Source of the DNA: Candidatus Bathyarchaeia archaeon
GTDB lineage: Archaea; Thermoproteota; Bathyarchaeia; 40CM-2-53-6
Assembly (NCBI GenBank): GCA_049513715.1
Contig: JBEKVV010000003.1
Coordinates: forward strand, 96,001-160,000
Direction of reading: 5' to 3'
Length of the DNA stretch: 64,000 bases
The first letter of the stretch is position 1; each line of letters opens with the position of its first letter. The position numbers were made by a program, and so were the translations under genes. The notes below the pieces were generated by a model, which was not told where the DNA came from, searched no databases, and saw nothing but the letters and a program-made list of their open reading frames with translations. Positions 1 to 10,167 of the stretch are shown here, in pieces.

Positions 1-282
1 ATCAAGCTCGTCAAACTCAACCCCAAAAGCCTCTCTTGGTACAATATCCAAATCTCCGGGCCCAACAAACATTCTGCGTTCCTCTACGAAATCGTGCCTG
101 AAGGTAAGCATAAATCAAGACTCAATTTCACCGGACTCCTAGTAGTATACAGCAAGGTCAGGCTTACGCCGCAAAGGATCAGACAAATCGCCAATCGCGA
201 AAGGCGGTATGATTCTATTGCATGGAAACTCCTCGCAAGAGCAATGACAAAAGAGTACCCTGGAGTCAGCAAGCAAACATGA
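1..282 (+). CDS. Hypothetical protein, 5'-truncated by the window edge
   Basis: Frame 1 is open from base 1 (IKLVKLNPKSLSWYNIQISGPNKHSAFLYEIVPEG...) to TGA at 280-282. Confidence 0.6.
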   Translation: MKLVKLNPKSLSWYNIQISGPNKHSAFLYEIVPEGKHKSRLNFTGLLVVYSKVRLTPQRIRQIANRERRYDSIAWKLLARAMTKEYPGVSKQT

Positions 283-367
283 CGTGGACGCTTGAAGACT
301 CGGAGCGAATGTCGCCCAAACGTTCAAAGCCCGCCTGAATATTCAGACAAGCTGCACGCTGTCATCT

Positions 368-1195
368 GTGGCACGAGAACAGAGAGAATTGTTCAACGAA
401 AATAGTAAGGAAACGCAGCTCCTGAAATCATTGGGATTGTCAGGGGGCGAGTCTGCAATTTACCTCAAACTCCTCTCCCAATCTGAGGGAGAAATGCTCG
501 ACAGGGTTGTTACGGCGTTCGGGGTCCCGGCGGACATTGCTGAGGATGCGTTGAAGGCCCTTGCGGACAAAGGCCTTGTCAAAATCCAAAGCAACAGAGT
601 TGAGGTGGTGCAACCTCGGATCGTACTTCAAAGAATATTGGAGCATAGGAAACGGAATGTGGATAGCCAATTGGCGCAGGAAACCTCAGTCGCGCTGCAG
701 CTGGAGAAGTTGTTGGAGCCAGTCTACTGGGAGAACCGGCTGGGAATTAGGCCGGAGGATATCATAGAGCCTCTCCGCGATCTTCCCGAGATGGAGCTCC
801 GCACCGCTCGAATCCTTGGCAACGCTGGCAAGGAGGCTTTCATTTTCGCACAAACCTTTGGCTGGTTCAGCAAGGTCCGAGAATCAGTCTTCCAAGCCCA
901 CGACCGCGGCGTAGGCATGAGGATATTGATGATGGTTAACGACGAGTCCACACGGGAAAAGGCGAAGGAGCTCAGGGATTTGGGCATTCAGGTGCGGCAC
1001 TGCGCCGAGGAATGGTACCCAGTTCGCGGAACCCTTGTGGACGACCAGGAATTGGTTTTCTTAGTTTGGGCTACCAAGAAGCTTGACGTTCCACGGCCAA
1101 TCTACTACCGCCCACACTACACACAAAACCAGGGCCTAATCCGGGTTTTCAGGGACGCGTTCCTGAAAAGATGGGAAGAAGGCCAGAAAATCTAG
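368..1195 (+). CDS. TrmB-family transcriptional regulator
   Basis: N-terminal LKSLGLSGGESAIYLKLL wHTH; C-terminal effector domain (WYPVRGTLVDDQE); paralog of 6508-7344. Confidence 0.85.
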   Translation: MAREQRELFNENSKETQLLKSLGLSGGESAIYLKLLSQSEGEMLDRVVTAFGVPADIAEDALKALADKGLVKIQSNRVEVVQPRIVLQRILEHRKRNVDSQLAQETSVALQLEKLLEPVYWENRLGIRPEDIIEPLRDLPEMELRTARILGNAGKEAFIFAQTFGWFSKVRESVFQAHDRGVGMRILMMVNDESTREKAKELRDLGIQVRHCAEEWYPVRGTLVDDQELVFLVWATKKLDVPRPIYYRPHYTQNQGLIRVFRDAFLKRWEEGQKI

Positions 1196-1682
1196 CTCCG
1201 CGGTTCACATGGAATGTGAAAGGGTCACCGAATTCGCAGTAGATCTTGCTAACGCTGGCCAGAATCGTCCTTAGTGATGAATCCACTTTAACCAGATGAC
1301 TTTGGCAAGTGCAATCCGTTGCACCTAGGTGCGGGAGTACAACTCTGACATCGACCGCTCTGTGAATACGTCTATTCACCAAACACTCCAGTCGCCTTCC
1401 AGATTTCACGCAAACACCCGCCCTGACCACGTACTCCTCGCGCGTTGTGAGGTAGTCAACATGCCAGTGGGCTCTTTTGGAACGGCGAATGTGACGACCG
1501 AGCCTTCTCTCAAGAGACAGCGCTCCCTGTCCTAGGGCGGAACCTGTGTAAACGTAGTACCCCGTGGTAAGCCTCGCGGAGCCCAGCTTACCGAACCTTA
1601 CCCGCATCGGCCTCTTGGATTCAATGACTAACGTGTACGTTCCTTTCACGAACGGGAGCTCCGAAGCACAAATAGCGCCCAT
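1149..1682 (-). CDS. GIY-YIG/Uri superfamily endonuclease (DUF123-like)
   Basis: KGTYTL, GYYVYTGSA, RLGRH, HWHVDYL, GATDCTCQSHL motifs; start placed at ATG 1682. Confidence 0.8.
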   Translation of the reverse strand: MGAICASELPFVKGTYTLVIESKRPMRVRFGKLGSARLTTGYYVYTGSALGQGALSLERRLGRHIRRSKRAHWHVDYLTTREEYVVRAGVCVKSGRRLECLVNRRIHRAVDVRVVLPHLGATDCTCQSHLVKVDSSLRTILASVSKIYCEFGDPFTFHVNRGARFSGLLPIFSGTRP

Positions 1683-1717
1683 GGGCCGCCTTATGCTGAA
1701 TGGTCTAGGTGGTGGCG

Positions 1718-2815
1718 ATGAAGGCGATAGTTCTTGCGGGCGGCTACGCAACTCGCCTCAGGCCCATAAGCTACGCCCTACCCAAACTCCTCTTCCCAGT
1801 CCTTGGAAAACCAATGATCTATTGGACCCTCGAACTTCTCAGGAATTTTGGCGTAGACGAAGTTGTCCTCGGAGTGAACTATCTATCTGATCTACTTCGC
1901 GCTGTTGTTGGCGAGAAATATGGTAACATGACGGTCAACTATTCCCTTGAAAATTTCCCGTTGGGGACTGCTGGGCCGATAAAGCTGGCATCCCAAATGG
2001 TTAGTATTAACGAGACCTTCGTCGCCATGAACGGCGACATCATCACGAACATCGACCTCGCAAAAATGCGACAACGACATGAAACAAACCAAGCCTCAAT
2101 TACAGACGCACTCTACGAAGTGAAAGATCCCCGAAGATTCGGCGTCGTCCAACTGGATTCGGACGGACATATCAGACGGTTTATTGAGAAACCTATTCTG
2201 AAAGAAGCCCCCAGCCACCTCATCAACGCAGGCGTTTACATGATTCAGCCAGAAGTCCTCGAAATGATTCCTCCAAACAGAAAGGTCTCGCTGGAGCGCG
2301 AAATATTCCCTGTTCTAGCAAGTGAGGGCAGGCTGTGTGGGTTCACATTTTCCGGCTACTGGTTCGACATCGGCGACATGGCGGAATTTCGGAAAGCCAA
2401 CTTCCAATTACTCAAACAACGGAGCTTAGGGTCCCTTCTGCAGGAAAGCGACGTGAAGATTGCTGCGGATGCAAAAGTCAGAGTCCCATCATTTTTGGGT
2501 GAATCCTCTCAAGTAGAAAGCAAAGTGTCAGCGGGCCCCTACGTATTGGTAGGTAAGAAGTCTCAGATAATGAGGGGCGCGAGCGTGGCAGACTCAATTT
2601 TGTTCGACAACGTAACGATTGGCGAAGGCTCCATCATTCAAGGGGCAATCGTGGCCTCCAATACAACAATCGGAAAGATGGTGAGAATAGAGGCAGGGGC
2701 GGTTATTTCCCCACACGTTCAAATTCATGACGGAGTCAGGATAGGCCGCAACGCAATAGTTCACCCCTTCAAGGAGATCACCTCAAACATTCGCGCCAAC
2801 GCGCACGCTATGTGA
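1718..2815 (+). CDS. Sugar-phosphate nucleotidyltransferase (mannose-1-P guanylyltransferase-like) with left-handed beta-helix
   Basis: MKAIVLAGGYATRLRP, PLGTAGPI, NGDI, INAGVY, C-terminal hexapeptide repeats; GGTGGTGG SD-like sequence before ATG 1718. Confidence 0.9.
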   Translation: MKAIVLAGGYATRLRPISYALPKLLFPVLGKPMIYWTLELLRNFGVDEVVLGVNYLSDLLRAVVGEKYGNMTVNYSLENFPLGTAGPIKLASQMVSINETFVAMNGDIITNIDLAKMRQRHETNQASITDALYEVKDPRRFGVVQLDSDGHIRRFIEKPILKEAPSHLINAGVYMIQPEVLEMIPPNRKVSLEREIFPVLASEGRLCGFTFSGYWFDIGDMAEFRKANFQLLKQRSLGSLLQESDVKIAADAKVRVPSFLGESSQVESKVSAGPYVLVGKKSQIMRGASVADSILFDNVTIGEGSIIQGAIVASNTTIGKMVRIEAGAVISPHVQIHDGVRIGRNAIVHPFKEITSNIRANAHAM

Positions 2816-4206
2816 AGAAGTGGAGTTCATTGGCAGAAAGAAAACTGTTCGGCACTAATGGTGTTCGAGGCATCGTAAACAAAGAACTCACAGCAGAACT
2901 TGCCCTGAAACTATCGATGGCCACGGGCACATACTTCAAAGGTGAAGACATGGCCGTCGGCTGTGATGGTCGAGTTTCAGGTCCCATCTTCCTAGAAACA
3001 GTCTGTTCGGGGCTCGCAAGTGTCGGATGCAGAGTCTGGAACCTGGGCCTGATAACTACACCCGCCCTGCAATTTCTAACAAAAGACTGGAAGCTAAGGG
3101 GAAGCGTGATGGTCACCGCCAGCCATAACCCCCCCGACTACAACGGCATGAAGGTCATGGGGAATAGTGGCGTCGAACTCCCACACGAGGAAGAGGCAGA
3201 AATCGAAAAGATTTACTACCAATCAAAATGGAAACTCGCGCAATGGAACAAAGTCAAACCGCCACTTCCTGTAGCCGACAGATTCTCAAGATACGTGAAT
3301 TCAGTCATCGAACACATCGGGCGCGTCCCCGCTGGAAGGGGTTTCAAGGTTCTCGTAGACGCCGGCAATGGTGTGAGTGTTCTTGCCACTCCACCAATAC
3401 TGGAAAAACTCGGTTGCGAAGTCTCCATTGTGAACGGGAGGATTGACGGAACATTCCCGGGCAGGCTCCCCGAGCCCACACCAGAGCACCTCAAGGAGAC
3501 TTCGAGAATCCTTCCCACGCTTCACGCCAACTTCGGCGTCGCACACGACGGTGACGGAGACAGGGCGGTCTTTCTCGACGAGCACGGAAAGGTGTGCTGG
3601 GGAGACCAAACCTTCGCCCTCATCATAAAGGACTTCTTAGAAACACACTCTGGCCGCAAGATTGTAACCCCAATCAGCTCGTCTCAGATGATTGAGGAAA
3701 TCGCGGAGAAATACGGGGGCGAAATCGTTTGGACCCCTGTTGGCAGCGTGTACGTCTCGAATCTCATGCTGAAGATCGATGCCAAGCTCGGCGGCGAGGA
3801 GAACGGCGGCATCTTCTACTCACCCCACGTCGCGGCAAGGGATGGGGGAATTACAACTGCGTGGATTTACAAAATCCTCGCTGAAACTCGAAAGCCTCTC
3901 TCGAAACTAGTGGATGAACTTCCGAAATACTACCTCGTTAAGGACAAGATGCCCTGCCCAGATACAATCAAAGAAAAAGTAACCGAGGAAGTTCGAAATC
4001 TCCCCAGAAAGGGCAAGGTGCTGGACATCGATGGCATCAAAGTGTGGGCTCCTCCTAGGTCTTGGATTCTAATCCGCCCCAGCGGAACAGAGCCACTATT
4101 CAGAATCCTCGCCGAGGCACCAACAAAAGGCCTAGCCATGAAAATAGTCAACGACTACAAGATCAAACTGTCACGAATAATCAAGAGGTGCCTTAGAAAT
4201 GCTTGA
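2812..4206 (+). CDS. glmM: Phosphoglucosamine mutase / phosphomannomutase
   Basis: LFGTNGVRG, TASHNP phosphoserine loop, DGDGDR metal loop, GGEENGG, IRPSGTEP. Confidence 0.88.
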   Translation: MKKWSSLAERKLFGTNGVRGIVNKELTAELALKLSMATGTYFKGEDMAVGCDGRVSGPIFLETVCSGLASVGCRVWNLGLITTPALQFLTKDWKLRGSVMVTASHNPPDYNGMKVMGNSGVELPHEEEAEIEKIYYQSKWKLAQWNKVKPPLPVADRFSRYVNSVIEHIGRVPAGRGFKVLVDAGNGVSVLATPPILEKLGCEVSIVNGRIDGTFPGRLPEPTPEHLKETSRILPTLHANFGVAHDGDGDRAVFLDEHGKVCWGDQTFALIIKDFLETHSGRKIVTPISSSQMIEEIAEKYGGEIVWTPVGSVYVSNLMLKIDAKLGGEENGGIFYSPHVAARDGGITTAWIYKILAETRKPLSKLVDELPKYYLVKDKMPCPDTIKEKVTEEVRNLPRKGKVLDIDGIKVWAPPRSWILIRPSGTEPLFRILAEAPTKGLAMKIVNDYKIKLSRIIKRCLRNA

Positions 4207-5206
4207 CCTCCTCGGAATCGCAGGCATACTACTCATTTTCGCTGTTACGTTCATCGTCACTTTCATTGCAACACCAATCATAGCGCACGAGATGAGGAAA
4301 CGCGGGATCACTGGAAAGGATGTTCACAAACCAACCAAAGACCCCGTCCCAGAGATGTGCGGGCTAGCAATTCTATTGGGGTTGACTGTCGGAGCTGCTG
4401 GTTACGTAGTTTTGTTCCCAAGCGCAGCATCAGAGGTTGTGGCGTTTGTTGGCACGTTCCTTATTGCTGGCGCAATCGGAATCCGCGATGACTTGCGGCC
4501 CCTCGGCGCAAGAGCCAAGCCACTTCTAATCGCTGTTGCGTGCCTGCCCATTCTGATTCTTAAAACCTACAAACCCCTAGCTGAGGTGCCTCTAGTGGGC
4601 ACCATCAGGCTCACATTGATCTATCCATTCCTCGTACCCGTAGCTCTCGCAGTCACCGCAAACTCCGTGAACATGATGGACGTCATGAACGGCTCGATGC
4701 CGGGAACGGTCGGGATAATCTCCGCGGCAGCTGTCGTAATCCTCCTACTCTCCGGCCAAACCCAAATCGCGGCACTTGCCGCAGGATTACTCGGTGCAAT
4801 GTTGGCTTTCTATTACTTCAACAGATTCCCGGCCAAGGTTTTCGACGGCGACACTGGCAGCCTCGCCGTGGGCGCTGCAATAGGCGCGATAGCTATTCTA
4901 GGGAGCATTGAGGCCGCCATGATAGTAGCACTGATTCCACACATCATGAATGCATTCTCTGGGCTCGCATCCGTTGGTGGCCTCTACGAGAGACGGCAGA
5001 TACGACAAAGGCCAACAAGACTGCGTGACGATGGAAAGCTGGAAGCGAGCGTTGAGAAGGCGGCCCCGGTCACGTTGACGCGGATGATACTCGCCGCTGG
5101 ACCGTTGGGTGAGCAGGATATTGTTCGAGGCATGATGGTACTTACTCTCATTTCGTCAATCCTCGCAATCTTCACGTATTGGGTTACTGTGGTGGGCAGA
5201 GTTTGA
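4199..5206 (+). CDS. MraY/WecA/Alg7 family polyprenyl-phosphate HexNAc-1-phosphate transferase (AglH-like)
   Basis: Multi-TM protein; DVHKP, VPEMCG, GIRDD, NSVNMMDVMNG, FNRFPAKVFDGDTGS. Confidence 0.88.
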   Translation: MLDLLGIAGILLIFAVTFIVTFIATPIIAHEMRKRGITGKDVHKPTKDPVPEMCGLAILLGLTVGAAGYVVLFPSAASEVVAFVGTFLIAGAIGIRDDLRPLGARAKPLLIAVACLPILILKTYKPLAEVPLVGTIRLTLIYPFLVPVALAVTANSVNMMDVMNGSMPGTVGIISAAAVVILLLSGQTQIAALAAGLLGAMLAFYYFNRFPAKVFDGDTGSLAVGAAIGAIAILGSIEAAMIVALIPHIMNAFSGLASVGGLYERRQIRQRPTRLRDDGKLEASVEKAAPVTLTRMILAAGPLGEQDIVRGMMVLTLISSILAIFTYWVTVVGRV

Positions 5207-5454
5207 GGCGACTATTGGGACTCGCTACGTTCGAAATCTTCGTGTGGTCACTCCTTCTGCTTTGCACTCTCCTGATTTCACACGTGGCCTTCGGAATCAA
5301 CCTCGGAGCCGAGACCTTTCTCGAGAGGTTGCTCACGCAGGCCGCTCGACTTGTAGTGTCCGGGATAGTTATTCTCGGTTGGCTTCTTGTGTGGAAGAAG
5401 GCTACCGATCTCTATTTTTGGCGAACCGCCTCACGCAAGAAGGTTACCGTTTGA
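5203..5454 (+). CDS. Small two-TM membrane protein
   Basis: TTG start overlaps the upstream stop; two hydrophobic segments. Confidence 0.6.
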   Translation: MRRLLGLATFEIFVWSLLLLCTLLISHVAFGINLGAETFLERLLTQAARLVVSGIVILGWLLVWKKATDLYFWRTASRKKVTV

Positions 5455-6511
5455 AAATTCTCTGAAACATTACGCGTAGTGGATCCTCCATGCTACTAAC
5501 GAGCCTAGCTGATTTCTTTTTGTAGAACTCTCGGAAGTCATGGCTCTTTGAGATAGAAACCGTTCTCTGCGCGATCCGGGTAGGATCCAACACTCTTTCC
5601 ACTAAGCCGTAGTTAATGAGGAACCTTTCCACGAAGGTTGGTTCGCCTGGGTAATAGGATATGGCGGGCACGCCGAGTAATGCAGCCTCTGCGGTCATCG
5701 TTCCACCGCCACCAACCACCACCGACGAAAACTGCATCAGAGAAATCGCGTCGATCACGTGCTCAGGGACAATAATCTTGTTACCAAACCGTTTCCTAAA
5801 CCGTTCGCCCTGCGTGGTGTATCTTGGTAGAACTACTACCTGCCCGGTGCCGTCGTTCAAATCCAATACTTTCGCGATAATGTCTACCGCTTTGCCCGAC
5901 GCTGCTGAGGAGTAGTCATACAGGTATGCAGCATATTCTTCAGGTGTTCTAACCACGATTATTGGCTTCGAAAGGTCCAATTTCAATCCATCAATAACCT
6001 TCGGGTTGGCCTTGAAACCGGTCAGCCAAACGGCGGGGTCCAATGCGCGGTAACGTACTATGTCCCTTGGGTTCATTCCGTATCGTTTCCAAGCATAGAG
6101 CGGAATAACCCAAGGTGTGAATAATTTCTCCGACAACGGTAGTGTAAGCCTTGAAACGGCTTCAGCATGTGGCGAATCACTGACACAGTAGTGGGGTATC
6201 TTGAGGCCGAATGCGGTTCTAGCCGCCTCGGGGGACGCGAATGAAATTGCTACGTCTGGCTTTTGCTGCTCGATGACCTCAGCCAAGTTCCAGATGCGCT
6301 TGGCGCTTTCCACTAGCTTGTCTTTGAGCTTCACTCCGCCATGGTGTCCAACCTCAATGGCTTTGAGGCCTTTGAGTTCCAGTAGTTCGTTGACTTCACG
6401 GTACTCACGTGTTGTTAGGACCGTCTTGTGGCCCTTAGCATTCAGCCTGTGGTGCAGTTCACCGAAGAAGTTCGCCTGTTTCGGCGTGAGTATGTCGATC
6501 CAGACTTTCAT
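5444..6511 (-). CDS. DUF354 family protein (predicted GT-B fold, glycosylation-associated)
   Basis: MKVWIDILTPKQ, DSPHA, GGGGTMTAEAALLGVPAIS. Confidence 0.85.
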   Translation of the reverse strand: MKVWIDILTPKQANFFGELHHRLNAKGHKTVLTTREYREVNELLELKGLKAIEVGHHGGVKLKDKLVESAKRIWNLAEVIEQQKPDVAISFASPEAARTAFGLKIPHYCVSDSPHAEAVSRLTLPLSEKLFTPWVIPLYAWKRYGMNPRDIVRYRALDPAVWLTGFKANPKVIDGLKLDLSKPIIVVRTPEEYAAYLYDYSSAASGKAVDIIAKVLDLNDGTGQVVVLPRYTTQGERFRKRFGNKIIVPEHVIDAISLMQFSSVVVGGGGTMTAEAALLGVPAISYYPGEPTFVERFLINYGLVERVLDPTRIAQRTVSISKSHDFREFYKKKSARLVSSMEDPLRVMFQRIFKR

Positions 6512-7344
6512 TTGGGAGTCAACTCCGCCGCCGCGATTCGCTTAGCGTTTCCCCACCGGAGGTCGAAGGATTCCCGGAAGATCCTTATCAGCCCAGGGTT
6601 CTTTGTGTGGTGGGGCGTGTAGACGATTGGGTTCCAATGCCGCTCAGCCTCTTCAGCCGCCCAAATCACAAAAGCCAGGTCCTTGTTGTCGACGAGCGTA
6701 CCGCGGACTGGATGCCACGGTTCTCTCGTGTCCCGAATCTGAGCACCGAGGCCGCTCAATTCGCTTAGGTGCTTCCCCACCTGATTATTGGGAATTTGCA
6801 TTAGAATTCTAACCTTCACACCTCTTCCCAGAGCAGTTCGGAGCGGTGATTTCACTTTTGGAAGCCACGAGAACAGGGCAGTGGAAACGAGTATTTCATC
6901 GGATGCGCCGAGAACGTAACCACTAGTTCTCTTCTCCATAATCCGCAAATCCTCCAATGGCTCCAGCAGTTCCTCCGCTTTCACTTGCAGATGGCTCTCC
7001 ACGTACATCGGCTCCACTTCCTTCTGCAGCCGTTTCATCGTGTCTTCAACAGAGAGAAGGTTCGTCTCAAAGTTCTCGCGAAGATGTGTCAAGTATTCCC
7101 GCTTTGCCTGTTCAGGGGCGATTGCGTGAAATCTTTTCGGTCGACTCTGCACGATTCTCGCGAACCCTTTCTGCATGAGCTGTTCGAGTGTTCCGTAGAC
7201 TCTAGTAATTGGGATAGAGGTCGTTTTCGAAATCTCCTCAGCCGTCAATTCCTTTCTGGACAATAGCGCTAGATATGCCTCTGACTCGTACGCTGTGAGG
7301 CCTGCGCTGCGCAGGGACTCCATCAATCGGCTTAAAGAACGCAT
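6508..7344 (-). CDS. TrmB-family transcriptional regulator
   Basis: GLTAYESEAYLALL, IPITRVYGTLEQLMQKGF, SRPKRFHAIAP; ATGA overlap with the DUF354 gene. Confidence 0.88.
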   Translation of the reverse strand: MRSLSRLMESLRSAGLTAYESEAYLALLSRKELTAEEISKTTSIPITRVYGTLEQLMQKGFARIVQSRPKRFHAIAPEQAKREYLTHLRENFETNLLSVEDTMKRLQKEVEPMYVESHLQVKAEELLEPLEDLRIMEKRTSGYVLGASDEILVSTALFSWLPKVKSPLRTALGRGVKVRILMQIPNNQVGKHLSELSGLGAQIRDTREPWHPVRGTLVDNKDLAFVIWAAEEAERHWNPIVYTPHHTKNPGLIRIFRESFDLRWGNAKRIAAAELTPK

Positions 7345-7411
7345 AATTCACCTATGTAGAGTTAAAAACAGTTAAATATTTCGCAGGGCCGCACTAACAA
7401 AGGTACGGATT

Positions 7412-8800
7412 TTGTCTTCGCAGCCTCCACTGTCATTGGAACCCGGCGAAATTGCGGTAAGAATTCGAGACGGCGCTTTAACAATAGGCGTTGTTGGGTT
7501 GGGCTGGATGGGCCTACCAACCGCATGTCTTTACGCCGATGCAGGGGCCCGCGTAATCGGAGTGGACATGAACCCGAAGGTCGTTGAACGAGTAAGCAAA
7601 GGAGACCCTCCTTTGGAAGAACCTGGCCTTGAAGTCATGTTGAAGAGGTCGATAAAATCAGGCAAGTTGACTGCAACGACTTCAACTGAAGAGGCGACTG
7701 CCAATTCCGATATTATTTTCATTGTTGTCCCTACGATGATTGACCGGCAGAAGCGGGCAGATTACTCCGCAGTCGAGGACGCTTGCACGGGCATAGGGAA
7801 AGGCATCAGAAATGGCAGCCTAGTCATCTTCGAAAGCACCTGTGGTCCAGGGGTTACTGAACGTGTGGTCAAGGGAACGATCGAGAAGTATTCTGGCTTA
7901 GTGGCTGGCCAAGGTTTCGGAATCGCCTACAGCCCCATCCGCGCAATGGGCGGACGCGCACTCCAAGACATGCAGAGCTACGGCAAAATCGTGGGCGCAA
8001 CAGATAAGAAAAGCCTCGAAGCGGCCTGTGCCGCACTTTCCGTAGTCGTAAAGGGCGAGCTGATCCGTGTCCGCGACATAAGAACGGCTGAGTTGTCAAA
8101 ACTCTTTGAGACAATCTACCGGGACGTGAACATTGCTCTCGCCAACGAGTTCGCCCTACTGTGCGAAGAAATTGGGGTTGATTATACGGAGGCGATGACA
8201 GCGGCAAACAGTCAACCATACTCCCACCTTCACCAAACGGGTGTAGGCGTGGGCGGCCATTGCCTCCCAGTATACCCATACTTACTCGCAACGGAGGCCT
8301 ACGCGCTCGACACAAAACTGAGATTGGTTCTCGACGCGCGCAAGATAAACGACTTCATGCCGCGCCACGTAGCAAAGCTCGCTTCAGACGGACTAAGGAT
8401 ATGTGGCAAGTCACTGAAGCGCGCGAAAGTAGTAGTGCTTGGAATTAGCTATAGACCCAACGTGAAAGAGCTCCGCTACTCTCCGTCCTTGGAATTGATT
8501 TCCATTTTGAAGAAACGCGGATCCAAAGTGACCACCTACGATCCACTCTACAGCGCATCCGAAATGGAATCGTTAGGACTAACGTCCGACGCTTCACTAC
8601 GCAGGGCCGTCGAGAAAGCGGACTGCGTAGTTTTGAGCGTGGGGCATGATGACTTCAAGAAAATGGACACCATCGAGCTGGCAGCACACATGTCCAAGCA
8701 AGGGCTAATCATTGACTGCACCGGCATCCTCGACCCAGCCAGCGTTGAAAAGAGCGGCCTAGTTTACCGAGGCACAGGGCGGGGATTGTGGACCCGGTGA
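7412..8800 (+). CDS. UDP-HexNAc 6-dehydrogenase (WecC/WbpA family)
   Basis: GLGWMGLP, FEST, AELSKLFETIYRDVNIALANE, GVGGHCLP. Confidence 0.9.
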   Translation: MSSQPPLSLEPGEIAVRIRDGALTIGVVGLGWMGLPTACLYADAGARVIGVDMNPKVVERVSKGDPPLEEPGLEVMLKRSIKSGKLTATTSTEEATANSDIIFIVVPTMIDRQKRADYSAVEDACTGIGKGIRNGSLVIFESTCGPGVTERVVKGTIEKYSGLVAGQGFGIAYSPIRAMGGRALQDMQSYGKIVGATDKKSLEAACAALSVVVKGELIRVRDIRTAELSKLFETIYRDVNIALANEFALLCEEIGVDYTEAMTAANSQPYSHLHQTGVGVGGHCLPVYPYLLATEAYALDTKLRLVLDARKINDFMPRHVAKLASDGLRICGKSLKRAKVVVLGISYRPNVKELRYSPSLELISILKKRGSKVTTYDPLYSASEMESLGLTSDASLRRAVEKADCVVLSVGHDDFKKMDTIELAAHMSKQGLIIDCTGILDPASVEKSGLVYRGTGRGLWTR

Positions 8801-9753
8801 GAAAACTCCGCGTGGCAGTCATAGGAACCGGTTTCTGGGGAAAAAATCAAACAAGAGTGCTTTCTCAACTCGCCTGCACTGAGTTAGCGTGCGTGTGCGA
8901 CGCGAACGAGGCCGCTGCTAAGGCCATCGGGGCACAATTTGACGTACCCTACACGGGCAACGTCGATGAGCTCCTCTCCAAGAAGGATGTGGAAGCTGTG
9001 ACGGTTTGCACTCCGACCACTACCCACAGGGAAGTTGCGACACAGGCATTGAAGGCTGGAAAGCATGTGCTCGTGGAGAAACCGATGACAAACACGGGCT
9101 CCGAAGCCCGAGAACTGCTCTCCCTCGCCGAACAGCAGGGCCTCCGAATAATGCCGGGCCACATTGAACGCTTCAATCCTGCAGTTAGCCATCTGAAGCA
9201 TCTCGTGGATAACGGCGAGTTGGGAAGCGTCATGCTCCTACTCGCCAGGCGTGTGGGCAGATGGCCTGAGCGTATTGGGGACGTGGGCGTCGTGAAGGAC
9301 TCGGCGATTCATGACATCGACCTGGCGAGGTACATCTTCAAGGACGATGTGAACACCGTCTACGCCCGCACGGGCAGCATGAGGCATACGAAGGAAGACT
9401 ATGCGGAGATAATGCTCCAATTCAAGAACGGAGGAACAGCCTTCATCGACGCCAACTGGTTGACGCCGCGTAAAACTCGTACGTTGGTTGTGACGGGAAG
9501 CGAGGCCACCGTCGAGCTCGACTACATCACTCAGGAAATAGCGGTCGAAGATTCCGAGAAAACCGTTAAACCAAACATCGAAAAGAAAGAACCGCTCACA
9601 CTCGAACTAACACACTTCGCAGAATCAATACTCAACGACCAACCATTCGCGGTAAATGGGCTGGATGGCCTAAGAGCTGTGGAGATCTGCGAAAGCGTTC
9701 TGCAATCAGGCGCCGCAGGACGACCCCTGACGCTCTCACAATCGCCCAGTTGA
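8788..9753 (+). CDS. Gfo/Idh/MocA oxidoreductase (WbpB-like UDP-sugar 3-dehydrogenase)
   Basis: GTGFWG, HVLVEKP, GHIERFNPA, DVGVVKDSAIHDID, NWLTPRKTR. Confidence 0.85.
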   Translation: MDPVRKLRVAVIGTGFWGKNQTRVLSQLACTELACVCDANEAAAKAIGAQFDVPYTGNVDELLSKKDVEAVTVCTPTTTHREVATQALKAGKHVLVEKPMTNTGSEARELLSLAEQQGLRIMPGHIERFNPAVSHLKHLVDNGELGSVMLLLARRVGRWPERIGDVGVVKDSAIHDIDLARYIFKDDVNTVYARTGSMRHTKEDYAEIMLQFKNGGTAFIDANWLTPRKTRTLVVTGSEATVELDYITQEIAVEDSEKTVKPNIEKKEPLTLELTHFAESILNDQPFAVNGLDGLRAVEICESVLQSGAAGRPLTLSQSPS

Positions 9754-10107
9754 CAATCTGACTCGGTTGAAAACACGAATAAAACCCAAGGCAAACTCAT
9801 CAGCGCGCTTCTCCACTTGCCCCCGAGTAACGCCCGAGGCTCTCAAATGGTGATAGAATTCGTGAAGAATGATGAAAGGCTCCGTAATGAAATCACTTTT
9901 TGATAGGTAGATCCGTTTCTCTCTTTCTACATAACAAGCAAGCACTCTCCTATGCCTCTTCACAGTTCCCACTCGCAGGTCAGGTTGATCGACTCCGTAG
10001 TGTTCGGAGAGTAACTGGAGTGCCGCCTCAGCGCGCCCATTAACAATGGTGGCCACTATTTTGGCTCGGAATTCTCGCTCTGCCTGCCCCGCGTCTTTCA
10101 TGGTCAT
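9736..10107 (-). CDS. Small HEXXH protein (minimal zincin-like)
   Basis: ILHEFYHHL followed by VEKRADEFA. Confidence 0.7.
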   Translation of the reverse strand: MTMKDAGQAEREFRAKIVATIVNGRAEAALQLLSEHYGVDQPDLRVGTVKRHRRVLACYVEREKRIYLSKSDFITEPFIILHEFYHHLRASGVTRGQVEKRADEFALGFIRVFNRVRLSTGRL

Positions 10108-10167
10108 GACTCTCGAAAGTGGTATATTTGAGTAAGCGCCTCGTCATGCTCATTGGACGGCTTCGCG

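Noticed and set aside
1149..1682. GIY-YIG gene as a homing endonuclease or intron marker
   Set aside because: Matches the stand-alone archaeal DUF123-type protein, and the flanking genes are not interrupted
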